A DNA stretch of 30,867 bases from a virus. Taxonomy: Duplodnaviria > Caudoviricetes. Numbering within the stretch: the stretch's first letter is position 1; each line of letters opens with the position of its first letter. Below, piece after piece: positions 6,624-13,656 of the stretch. The notes below the pieces were generated by a model. The model was not told the origin of the DNA. It worked only from the letters and a program-made list of their open reading frames with translations, and did not search any database. A program made the translations under genes and the position numbers. Location of the stretch: IMG/VR virus record IMGVR_UViG_3300037313_000148, positions 1 through 30,867 of that record; one strand, 5' to 3'.

Positions 6624-6782
6624 GTGCCCAATCAGCCCGCCAACCGCAACCGCAACATCCGGTTCAGTGACGAGATGTGGGCCAACGTCGAGCGCATCGC
6701 CCGCGAGCGTGACGAGACAGCCTCAGACATCATCCGTAGGGTTGTCGAGGAGTACGTCGACCGCTGGCGACACGGCGGGTAG
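6624..6782 (+). CDS. ribbon-helix-helix (CopG/Arc-like) protein RHH1, 52 aa (not in ORF track)
   Basis: VPNQPANRNRNIRFSDEMWANVERIARERDETASDIIRRVVEEYVDRWRHGG: alternating beta strand, helix, T-x-S-x-I-I-R helix. Confidence 0.85.
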   Translation: MPNQPANRNRNIRFSDEMWANVERIARERDETASDIIRRVVEEYVDRWRHGG

Positions 6783-7976
6783 CCGAAGCCGCTCAGCCAT
6801 CTGCTCGAGCGCCGCTCTCGCCTGCGACACGTCCACATGCTCATAGCCGTGGGTGACCGCGATCGAGGAGTGGCCCATGATCGCGATGCGCACCGACTCA
6901 GGGACGCCGAGCTCCATCAGCAGGGTCGCGGTGCTGTGCCGGATCTCATGCACGACGTAGGGGCGCCCGGTGCGGTGTGCGATCTTGGCCGCCTTCTGGA
7001 TGGCCTCCCACTCGCCGCGGTCGTTGGCGGCGTTGCGCGCCCGCAGTGCGCCCTTGTAGAACGGGCCGGGCCACACCAGGCCCATGTCGTTGACCGGGGC
7101 GATCTCGCGCCACTTGCGCAGCGCAGACACGGCCCACGGCACGAGCGGGATCTTGCGCCAGCCGGCCACCGACTTCGGCCGCACGAGGTGCGAGGCGCCG
7201 ACGAGGTGCCGCGCTTCGTAGCCGTCAGGGATCTGGAAGCCCTTGGACGGGTCGCCCTTGACGTTGTAGCGCAGGTTCTTGAGTTGCCACGAGATCGTCA
7301 GGGTGCCGGCGTCGAGGTCAACCTGCTCCCAGGTGAGCCCGAGTGCTTCTGCCTGCCTGAGCCCTTGCAGGAACGCGAGTGCCCAGCGGGAGCCGTCAGG
7401 CATCGCCGCGATGTGGGTCAGCGCCTTGATGGCCTGCTCGACGGGGACGGCCTCGCGGTCACTGACGGCCTTGGTCGGCTTCTCGGTGAGCAGCACGTTG
7501 GGCGGGATCGCGTAGCCGTCGAGGGAGGCGGCCTTGAGCATCCGCATGAGCGAGCCGTGGTAGCGCAACGCAGTCGAGGTCGACTTGCCCTGCTTGCGCA
7601 GGTAGACCGCTACGTCGCGCACGTCGGCGGGGGAGAGGTCGCCGAGCTTGATGTGCCCGATCGCGGCAACGATGACCTTGGCGGCTGCCTTGTCGGTCTC
7701 GTAGGCAGACGGCCGCACCTTGGGTTGGATCGCGTCGAGCCACGCCTGGGACCACTTCGCCACGGTGATGGTGCGCTTGACGTTGCGATGGCCCTCGCGC
7801 TCCAGTTCGAGCTTCTTGTCGCGGATCTTGCGCAGGACGGCTGAGCGCGTGGAGGCGCTGACTGTGATGCGACGACGGCCGCCGTTGGCCGTGTAGCCGG
7901 CCTCGATGGTGCCGAGCCATCGGCCATCGGAGGAGCGCTGGAAGACGCTGCCGGTCTTGTAGTCGCGGCGGGTCAT
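6723..7976 (-). CDS. int: tyrosine integrase
   Basis: N-terminal arm-binding GSVFQRSSDGRW; catalytic GLRQAEALGL, RPKS, HEIRH, MGH, Y in HGYEH; start could be 7976, 7991 or 8003. Confidence 0.95.
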   Translation of the reverse strand: MTRRDYKTGSVFQRSSDGRWLGTIEAGYTANGGRRRITVSASTRSAVLRKIRDKKLELEREGHRNVKRTITVAKWSQAWLDAIQPKVRPSAYETDKAAAKVIVAAIGHIKLGDLSPADVRDVAVYLRKQGKSTSTALRYHGSLMRMLKAASLDGYAIPPNVLLTEKPTKAVSDREAVPVEQAIKALTHIAAMPDGSRWALAFLQGLRQAEALGLTWEQVDLDAGTLTISWQLKNLRYNVKGDPSKGFQIPDGYEARHLVGASHLVRPKSVAGWRKIPLVPWAVSALRKWREIAPVNDMGLVWPGPFYKGALRARNAANDRGEWEAIQKAAKIAHRTGRPYVVHEIRHSTATLLMELGVPESVRIAIMGHSSIAVTHGYEHVDVSQARAALEQMAERLRLPAVSPAVDVLLDNPTDDV

Positions 7977-8040
7977 GGATGTGTCAGCCATCGTGTAAGC
8001 CATCCCATAGCCATCTATGGTCGCCTATAGCCGAACGCAG

Positions 8041-8084
8041 CGAAAGCCCCTGACCGCATCTCTGCAGGTCAGGGGCCTTTTCTT
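8041..8084. terminator. hairpin downstream of the tRNA fragment, possibly bidirectional
   Basis: GCCCCTGACC (8046-8055) / GGTCAGGGGC (8067-8076), T-rich tails on both strands. Confidence 0.75.
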
Positions 8085-8085
8085 C

Positions 8086-8141
8086 GGTGGACGATACTGG
8101 GTTTGAACCAGTGACCTCTTCCGTGTCAAGGAAGCGCGCTA
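8086..8141 (-). other. attP: attP common core: 3' part of tRNA-Val(GAC)
   Basis: Minus strand TAGCGCG-CTTCC-TTGACAC-GGAAG-AGGTC-ACTGG-TTCAAAC-CCAGT-ATCGTCC-ACC gives anticodon arm (GAC), T arm and 3' acceptor strand; the 5' acceptor strand GGACGAT is absent upstream. Confidence 0.9.
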
Positions 8142-8214
8142 TGCGCTCGGTCGGCGCAATATTCGGGCTCATGTCAGCCATGTTGTCAGCCATTCGATTC
8201 GGGCGCTACCTCCG

Positions 8215-8258
8215 AACGCACGAAAGCCCCCGCCAGCCGGTGGGGGGCTGACGGGGGC
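8215..8258 (-). terminator. intrinsic terminator ending the fibre/late operon
   Basis: GCCCCCGTCAGCC / GGCTGGCGGGGGC stem followed by TTTCGTGCGTT, 16 nt after the stop at 8275. Confidence 0.8.
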
Positions 8259-8274
8259 GCGGTGCGTGAGGCTG

Positions 8275-8727
8275 CTAGTTCGTGGCGTCGAACTTCTGCA
8301 GCGCGAGCCGGATGAGCCCGTTCAGCTCGGCCTTGGTGTTGAGGTCGTTCTGAGCAAGAATGACGACGGCCTGCGCGAGTTGCTGGATCGCGGCCTGCGC
8401 CTGGGCCAGGGTTGTGATCGAGGCCGTCTTGAGCGGCGTCCCTTGGGTGATGATCGCGTTGTCCTGCGTCTTGTCGGTCGCGTTGTTGGTGAGCGCAGTC
8501 TGTGCTTGCTGCTGGACGGTGGCCCTGTTCGCAGCCTGCGTGTTGGAGGTGTCCTGTGCGGCAAGGGCGTCGGACTCGGCCTGGGTGAGTGCGCGCTGAG
8601 TAGCGATGCTGCCGTCCGCGTTCCAGGCCGTGTAGCCAGCGGGTGTCGGGTCGCCGGCCTGAGTGGCGTTGGTCCACTGCTCGCGCAGCACGCCGTCGAC
8701 AGCGTTGCGGAGGAAGGCCATGATCAT
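8275..8727 (-). CDS. Q/T/A-rich coiled-coil protein, possible fibre assembly chaperone, 150 aa
   Basis: ATG at 8727 overlaps the fibre stop (ATGA), AAGGGAG SD; C-terminal heptads AIQQLAQAVVILAQ...LNGLIRL. Confidence 0.7.
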   Translation of the reverse strand: MIMAFLRNAVDGVLREQWTNATQAGDPTPAGYTAWNADGSIATQRALTQAESDALAAQDTSNTQAANRATVQQQAQTALTNNATDKTQDNAIITQGTPLKTASITTLAQAQAAIQQLAQAVVILAQNDLNTKAELNGLIRLALQKFDATN

Positions 8728-11081
8728 GCTCCCTTCGCGGCAATGAGAGCCGGGTTGGCGTTGGTCGTCTGGGTGTTGGTGAAGGTGCTCGGGAGCGCCC
8801 CGGAAACACCTGACTGGGACCCGATCTGCGGTCCGTGACCCGTGGCCCAGCCGAGGGTCGATAGGGCTGATCCGGTGCCGATCTGAACACCACTGTTGGC
8901 CGATGATTGGGCCGTCGAGAGGGCCGGCCCGGTGGTCGTCCAGTTCTGCGATGTGTACGTGACCCAGAGGATGCCGCCCGGGTGCGCGTAGTTCACGGTG
9001 ACCGAGTTCCATGCGTTCGCGGTGACCGTAATCGGATTGTCGATCTGTGGCGCGCCGGGCTTGCCGCCGGCGTCGGCGCGGATGCCGAGGCGCACGACTG
9101 CTCCGGAATCGGGCGTGTTGGCGAGCAGGAACGCTAGTTGGTTGATCGTTTGCGGCCCGACGAGGAACGGGACGGCGTACTCCTGGTTCTTTGTCGGAGT
9201 GACCTGTCCGTTGGCTGCGCCATTGAGTGCCACCCACAAACCGGAGGGGACGAGTGCGGAGTTCCCGGTTCCCCACTTCATGCCGTCGGCCTGAGTGGGG
9301 TCTACCTGGAGCATCATCCCCGTAGTGGCGCCGACCGGCAGGTCGGCTACCGTGCCGGACGCGGTGCCGACGATGAGACTGCCCTTCCCGGAGACTGTGG
9401 ATTTGGCGACGTAACGCCCGTCCAGCGTCGTCAGCGGGAGGTCGTCGGCGGTGACGGTCCAGACGCCCGAGCCGTCCGACTCCACGACGATGCCCTGGTT
9501 GGCGAGGGTGAGGGTGCCGGTCGTCGGGCCCGTGCTGGTGTTGAAGTGGTCCGCGCCAGTAAGTGCGAGGTTCAGTGTCGAGACAGCCGTCACGAGCTTG
9601 ATGGCAACGCGGCCCTTGCCACCCGAAGCGGCGGGTAGCGTCACAGTGAACGATCCGCCGGTGGTGTCGCACCGCACGAGGTCCCAGAGGGCAGCGGTGT
9701 AGTTCGCCGTCTTCACGCCGGTGACGTTGAGCGCGGACGCCTTCGCGGCGAGGTCGGACGTCAGGTTGGTGACCTGCGCCTCGCTGATCGCGATGTCCTG
9801 GTCCGTCAGCGACGTGACGCGGCCCTGCGCGTCGGTCGTAGCCGTCACGGTCTTCGACGCCGAACCCTTCGTCGCCGCAGTGCCGACGTTCGGCATCGAG
9901 ATCGTTCGATCGGCGCTGAGGTCCCCACCGCCCGAGAGGCCGGTGCCGGCGGTGATCTGGCGCGTAGACGGAACGGCGCCGCTGATGTCACCTACGACGA
10001 GAGTGACGTCACCGATGCGACCGGCCACCGAGGAGACGCCGTCCGGTGCGGAGGCTCGCTGCCACTGGGTCCCGTCGTAGATCGCGATGTCGCCGACGAG
10101 GAACGAGATCGCGCCGTGACCGAAGTCGTGCGAGCCGGCCACCGTGACGCGCCAGTTGTCGCCCGTGTTGCCGGTGCCGTCGACCAACGTCGGGGTGTTC
10201 GTGGCGGCGTTCCAGGTGCCCTGGTACTCCATCACCGATGACGGCAACTGAGTGATGGGCACCTTGCCGCCGGAGTCGAGGGTCGCGACACCGGACGCTG
10301 CACCCTTCTGGGCCAGCGGGATGAGCAGGGCATCAGCCGCAGCTCGCGCCGCGGCCTCGGTGGCGTCCCCAGCGTCAGCATGAGCCTGCGCAGCGGTCTG
10401 CGCTGCAGCGGCGGCGCCGGCGGCGTCGAAGTCGGTCGCGGCGTGCGTCGCCGCGCTGCCCAGCCCGAGGTTGGTGCGGGCGGTCGGCACATCGGCCACG
10501 TCGGACAGGTTCGACGCCTTCGCCAGCTTGCCGTCGGCGTAGGTCTCCGCGTTCGTCTGAGCCGTTGCAGCAGCCCCCGCCGCGTCTGCACCAACCTCGG
10601 CGGCCGTCAGGGTCACGTTCCCGGTGCCGTCAGGGTTCTGGCCGTTGACCGAGGTCACCGTGCCAGAGCCGCCCCCACTGATGCCGAGGTTGCCCTGGCC
10701 GAACGCCTGCTGCTCAGGGCTGAGCGCCTGCGTGCCGTCGACCCGCAGGTACAGCACCCCATTGCCAGGGGGTGGCACAGGGTCGTCCGCGAGAACGTCG
10801 TGCAGCCAGTATGGGCCACCGGCCGGCACGATGATCTTGTGCGTGACGCTGTTCGGTTCGGTCACGATGTAGAACGTGCCGCCCGTGTTGGGCTCGACCG
10901 AGAGTGTGTAGGTGCCGGCGGTGTCGGTGTGCACGTAGGACGTCTCGCCGAGCAGCTCGTACTGCCCTCCTGTGCCACCGGGGCCGAACGTGTCGGCGCA
11001 GAGGGCGATCCCGACAGGCACGTCGACGCGGGGGGCGCCGAGTGCGGAAATGAGGGTGTTGGTGACGGTGACCTTGGTCAT
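8724..11081 (-). CDS. tail-fibre/adhesin-like protein, 785 aa
   Basis: ATG at 11081; fibre repeats VTSVNGQ..GNVTLTAAEVGA, NLSDVADVPTARTNLGLG, GVATLDSGGKVP..QLP, YQGTWNAATNTPTL, AGTGLSGGGDLSADRTI, KTANYT..DTTGGSFTVTLPAA. Confidence 0.8.
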   Translation of the reverse strand: MTKVTVTNTLISALGAPRVDVPVGIALCADTFGPGGTGGQYELLGETSYVHTDTAGTYTLSVEPNTGGTFYIVTEPNSVTHKIIVPAGGPYWLHDVLADDPVPPPGNGVLYLRVDGTQALSPEQQAFGQGNLGISGGGSGTVTSVNGQNPDGTGNVTLTAAEVGADAAGAAATAQTNAETYADGKLAKASNLSDVADVPTARTNLGLGSAATHAATDFDAAGAAAAAQTAAQAHADAGDATEAAARAAADALLIPLAQKGAASGVATLDSGGKVPITQLPSSVMEYQGTWNAATNTPTLVDGTGNTGDNWRVTVAGSHDFGHGAISFLVGDIAIYDGTQWQRASAPDGVSSVAGRIGDVTLVVGDISGAVPSTRQITAGTGLSGGGDLSADRTISMPNVGTAATKGSASKTVTATTDAQGRVTSLTDQDIAISEAQVTNLTSDLAAKASALNVTGVKTANYTAALWDLVRCDTTGGSFTVTLPAASGGKGRVAIKLVTAVSTLNLALTGADHFNTSTGPTTGTLTLANQGIVVESDGSGVWTVTADDLPLTTLDGRYVAKSTVSGKGSLIVGTASGTVADLPVGATTGMMLQVDPTQADGMKWGTGNSALVPSGLWVALNGAANGQVTPTKNQEYAVPFLVGPQTINQLAFLLANTPDSGAVVRLGIRADAGGKPGAPQIDNPITVTANAWNSVTVNYAHPGGILWVTYTSQNWTTTGPALSTAQSSANSGVQIGTGSALSTLGWATGHGPQIGSQSGVSGALPSTFTNTQTTNANPALIAAKGA

Positions 11082-11167
11082 GCAATCAGCCTTCCGAGCT
11101 CGTAGAACGTGTACACCCACGGGGAGAAGGCGACGGCGATGAAGATGGCGAGAAGGATGCGGTCCAT
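11078..11167 (-). CDS. 29-aa single-TM peptide (not in ORF track)
   Basis: AGGAG SD 6 nt before ATG at 11167; MDRILLAIFIAVAFSPWVYTFYELGRLIA; TGA overlaps the fibre ATG. Confidence 0.7.
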   Translation of the reverse strand: MDRILLAIFIAVAFSPWVYTFYELGRLIA

Positions 11168-11199
11168 GACGAACTCCTGATGAGTGGTTGGTCCGCTAA

Positions 11200-11260
11200 G
11201 TATTGCTCTACGTACTGCTCTAGCGCAATACATAGGACAGGAAATGTATTGCGCTAGGAT
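11200..11260. promoter_or_regulatory. divergent promoter region with four GTA(T/C)TGC(T/G)CTA boxes
   Basis: Boxes at 11200-11210, 11212-11222, 11221-11231 (inverted), 11246-11256; perfect 14-bp inverted repeat CTAGCGCAATACAT-N10-ATGTATTGCGCTAG (11220-11257); TAGGAT -10 lies 7 nt before ATG at 11268. Confidence 0.8.
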
Positions 11261-11267
11261 GAGGCCT

Positions 11268-11459
11268 ATGAGCGAGCCGCGTGCCCGTCGCCAGCAGCGG
11301 CGACCGAGCGAAGTTGCCGAGCGCGACCCATTGCGAGCGGTGACCTTCCGGCTCCCGAGCGACGTGGTTGACGCCGCGAAGGAGAAGGCCGCTGAGCGGG
11401 GCGAGACCCTGACAGCCGCCGTAGCGGACCTGCTCAGGGGCTACGCCGCCCGGAAGTAG
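11268..11459 (+). CDS. ribbon-helix-helix protein RHH2, 63 aa
   Basis: LRAVTFRLPSDVVDAAKEKAAERGETLTAAVADLLRGY. Confidence 0.85.
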   Translation: MSEPRARRQQRRPSEVAERDPLRAVTFRLPSDVVDAAKEKAAERGETLTAAVADLLRGYAARK

Positions 11460-11460
11460 G

Positions 11461-11808
11461 TCAGGCGGTCGGCGCGGTCGGCATGGCAGATGGATCCACG
11501 GGAGCAGCAACCGGCGCCGGTGGAGTCGCGGGCACGTCGGTCGCGGCGGGGTCCAGCGTGGCCACAGACAGGTCGCTGCCGTCATCAACAGGGAGACTCG
11601 TGACGTCTTCCGAGCTCGGAAGCGTGATGTGCCCAGCCGCGACAGCGTGCAGGCCACCGGCTGCCACAGCCACGACACCCGAGACTAGGGCCACGGTGTA
11701 GGAGTCGACGCCGCGGTGAGCGAGGTACGGAGCGAGCGCGGCCCAGACGCCGGCCAACAGGTAGCCGGTGACGTAACCGACGAGTCGGATGCGCGGAGGG
11801 ATGTTCAT
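11461..11808 (-). CDS. holin-like 2-TM protein with acidic Pro-rich tail, 115 aa
   Basis: ATG at 11808 with AAGGAG SD; MNIPPRIRLVGYV... two hydrophobic helices; downstream of the endolysin. Confidence 0.7.
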   Translation of the reverse strand: MNIPPRIRLVGYVTGYLLAGVWAALAPYLAHRGVDSYTVALVSGVVAVAAGGLHAVAAGHITLPSSEDVTSLPVDDGSDLSVATLDPAATDVPATPPAPVAAPVDPSAMPTAPTA

Positions 11809-12032
11809 GAGGTCTCCTTGATGACGACGCGACACAGATGGGGGACGAACCAGCAGGTAAAGGCGGCCCACGAAGCGATCAGCAACGCGCGGCCGAGCGG
11901 GGTGTGGGTGCGGTAGACGGCGCGCAGGGTCTCCGAGAGCGTGGCGTCGTCGCGGCGGTGCAGCGAGCGGATCTCGGCTGCGGTGCCAGCGAGGAACAGC
12001 AGCGCCCAGACGCTGCGGCGGCGGTGGACCAT
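11805..12032 (-). CDS. small 2-TM lysis-cassette membrane protein
   Basis: VWALLFLAG..E...TLSE.LR...LGRALLIASWAAFTCWFVPHL; start at 12032 (or TTG 12038). Confidence 0.7.
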   Translation of the reverse strand: MVHRRRSVWALLFLAGTAAEIRSLHRRDDATLSETLRAVYRTHTPLGRALLIASWAAFTCWFVPHLCRVVIKETS

Positions 12033-12039
12033 GACCAAC

Positions 12040-13113
12040 TCAGGGCTTCAGGCCGGGGACGCGAACGCCGTCAATGTCCTCGGCCCAGCCCTGGGTTACG
12101 TGCCCGGGCCACAGTCTCGATTGCCCGATGGAGCGCAGGGGAACGCGGACCCAGCGCGTCTCGAGCGACGGGTCATTGCCGCCGAGAGCGTCGGGGGGCG
12201 CGCCGGGTGACCAGACGTACCGGACGCGCCTCTTGAGCGGCTTCAGCGGGTTGAACGGCTCCTTGCCCGCATAGATGGCGACATGGCCAGCGGGCTTGCC
12301 GTCGACGATGGTGTGGCCGCCGGTCCAGAAGATGAAGGCACCGCGCGGGGGTTCGGTGTCCATCGAGTGCTTGTGCTTGGCCCGATCCCAGGCGATCGCG
12401 GCGGTCGGGGTGCCGTCGGTCGGGATGCCGTAGATCTCATGGGCGTTCTTCTGGCACATGCCGAGCCCGATGTTGACGCGCCGAGCTGCGAGGTCGCGGA
12501 TGCGTGCCAGGGCGCGCGCCGGGGTCACGGGGAAGCTGGACGAGACCGGGGCGGGCGTGGCGACAACCTTCGGACCCCAGAACGGCAGCGGGTGCTGCAG
12601 CACGTTCTCGTCACAGCCCTTGATCGGGTGCGTCATGGTGATGCGCTGGATCAGGTGCGCGTTTGGGTCGACCTTGCCGCCCGACCACGCCATCGTCTGC
12701 CAGCGCCACGGAGCGAGCCCGGCCGTCGTGATGGAGTACGAGCCGTACACACCAGCACGAGCGCCCAGGACCGAGCGAACGCCAGCGAAGTACGGCGTGA
12801 CCTGTCCGGGCGTGGCGGGGAAGTCGACGGCGAAGAACAGGGGGACCGCCGCGGGGACGCCGAGAGCATTGGCCGCCGAGAGGGCCGCTCTGGCGTCCGC
12901 GGTACCGGCCGCACGACCGGCCGCCGAACGACCCGCGATGGACTCGAACACGAACCCGACCCCGAGGCCTTGGGCGTGCAGAGCGTCGATCTCGGCGCGA
13001 GAGACGGCCTTGCCGTTGCCGGTCAGGTAGCGCATGACGAACGTGTGGAATGCCTTGATCGCGGCCGGAGACGGGCGCGAGAACGAGTAGTCGACACCGA
13101 GCGTCTGACCCAT
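12040..13113 (-). CDS. endolysin: DUF1906/GH25-like glycoside hydrolase + CHAP/NlpC-like peptidase, 357 aa
   Basis: ATG at 13113 with GAGGAG SD; GVDYS..P...FVMRYL...VFES...LFFAVDF...GVYGS...WQTMAWSGG; then GMCQKN...PPRGAFIFWTGG...GHVAIY. Confidence 0.88.
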   Translation of the reverse strand: MGQTLGVDYSFSRPSPAAIKAFHTFVMRYLTGNGKAVSRAEIDALHAQGLGVGFVFESIAGRSAAGRAAGTADARAALSAANALGVPAAVPLFFAVDFPATPGQVTPYFAGVRSVLGARAGVYGSYSITTAGLAPWRWQTMAWSGGKVDPNAHLIQRITMTHPIKGCDENVLQHPLPFWGPKVVATPAPVSSSFPVTPARALARIRDLAARRVNIGLGMCQKNAHEIYGIPTDGTPTAAIAWDRAKHKHSMDTEPPRGAFIFWTGGHTIVDGKPAGHVAIYAGKEPFNPLKPLKRRVRYVWSPGAPPDALGGNDPSLETRWVRVPLRSIGQSRLWPGHVTQGWAEDIDGVRVPGLKP

Positions 13114-13151
13114 AGCGGGCTCCTCTATTGAGATGTACGGATGCTGTGCGA

Positions 13152-13361
13152 TCAGTCGAGTGGGCGGTGGCGGCGACAGGCGATGGAGCCGCGGTAGACG
13201 TGGCCCGGCCTGTGGCAACCGGGCGTGTGGCACTCGTGATGGCGCCACCAGCCGAGGAGGATCGCGAACGGGAACACGATGCGGCCACCGATGCCCGACC
13301 AAAACAGGTAGGGCCAGCCGTTGGGGTCGTTCAGGCCGAGGAAGTAGGCGAGCTCGTGCAT
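13152..13361 (-). CDS. membrane protein with C-terminal Cys/His Zn-finger-like motif
   Basis: YLFWSGIGGRIVFPFAILLGWW then HHECHTPGCHRPGH...ACRRH. Confidence 0.75.
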   Translation of the reverse strand: MHELAYFLGLNDPNGWPYLFWSGIGGRIVFPFAILLGWWRHHECHTPGCHRPGHVYRGSIACRRHRPLD

Positions 13362-13364
13362 GGC

Positions 13365-13637
13365 TCAGTGCCTGAGGTATGCCGCCAGCGCTGCAGCCAC
13401 GGCCGCGATGGATGCAAGCCATGTCGGGAGGGCCGCCGTGCGGCGCTCGAGGGCCTGCTTGATGTCGGTGAGGATGCCGTCCACGGACTTGTTGCGCGTG
13501 TCGTACTCCGAGCGCAACACGAACTGGCCCGGCATCGCCTTCACGTCGCCCTTGACCTCGCGGAGGTCTTGCTCGATGCGGACCACGGCACGGCCAACCT
13601 CACCCAGCGTCACGGAGTCTTCGTCAGCGGTCGTCAT
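13365..13637 (-). CDS. coiled-coil protein with C-terminal TM helix, 90 aa
   Basis: ATG at 13637 with GGAG SD; VTLGEVGRAVVRIEQDLREVK...FVLRSEY...WLASIAAVAAALAAYL. Confidence 0.75.
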   Translation of the reverse strand: MTTADEDSVTLGEVGRAVVRIEQDLREVKGDVKAMPGQFVLRSEYDTRNKSVDGILTDIKQALERRTAALPTWLASIAAVAAALAAYLRH

Positions 13638-13656
13638 GCGGTGGCTCCGATCGGGA

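Larger units (their letters stand above)
7982..8193. repeat. integrase arm-type sites of attP (TGTCAGCCAT)
   Basis: TGTCAGCCAT 7982-7991, TGTAAGCCAT 7994-8003, degenerate CCATAGCCAT 8005-8014; TGTCAGCCAT 8172-8181 and 8184-8193; both pairs have 12-nt periodicity. Confidence 0.8.

Noticed and set aside
6837-7844. 335-aa plus-strand ORF and similar long antisense or off-frame ORFs (e.g. 2678..3487, 14883..15890, 28286..29353)
   Set aside because: Shadow ORFs caused by high-GC codon bias over well-supported genes; no recognisable motifs
8086-8141. Complete phage-encoded tRNA-Val gene
   Set aside because: The 5' acceptor strand and most of the D arm are missing upstream; it is the attP core
6144-8141. 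Integration-dependent immunity (attP inside the repressor gene)
   Set aside because: attP is about 1.7 kb from the repressor, beyond int, and neither protein ends in an ssrA-like tag
7984-8193. 69-aa ORF MADNMADMSP...
   Set aside because: Runs across the arm repeats, tRNA fragment and terminator; its ATGs are the arm-site repeats
8275-9672. 465-aa ORF suggesting a frameshifted fibre fusion
   Set aside because: Upstream part is Arg/Pro-rich off-frame sequence; the real gene starts at 8727 with an SD and ATGA coupling; no slippery site noticed
11200-11257. CRISPR-like mini-array
   Set aside because: Repeats are 11 bp, adjacent or overlapping and mixed in orientation, with no spacers; they fit operators
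8724-11260. Diversity-generating retroelement or invertible fibre cassette
   Set aside because: No reverse transcriptase, invertase, TR/VR duplicate or flanking inverted repeats seen; the 14-bp inverted repeat spans only 38 nt
11268-11459. Type II toxin-antitoxin pair (RHH antitoxin)
   Set aside because: Neither RHH has a co-directional toxin gene; both end head-on against minus-strand genes
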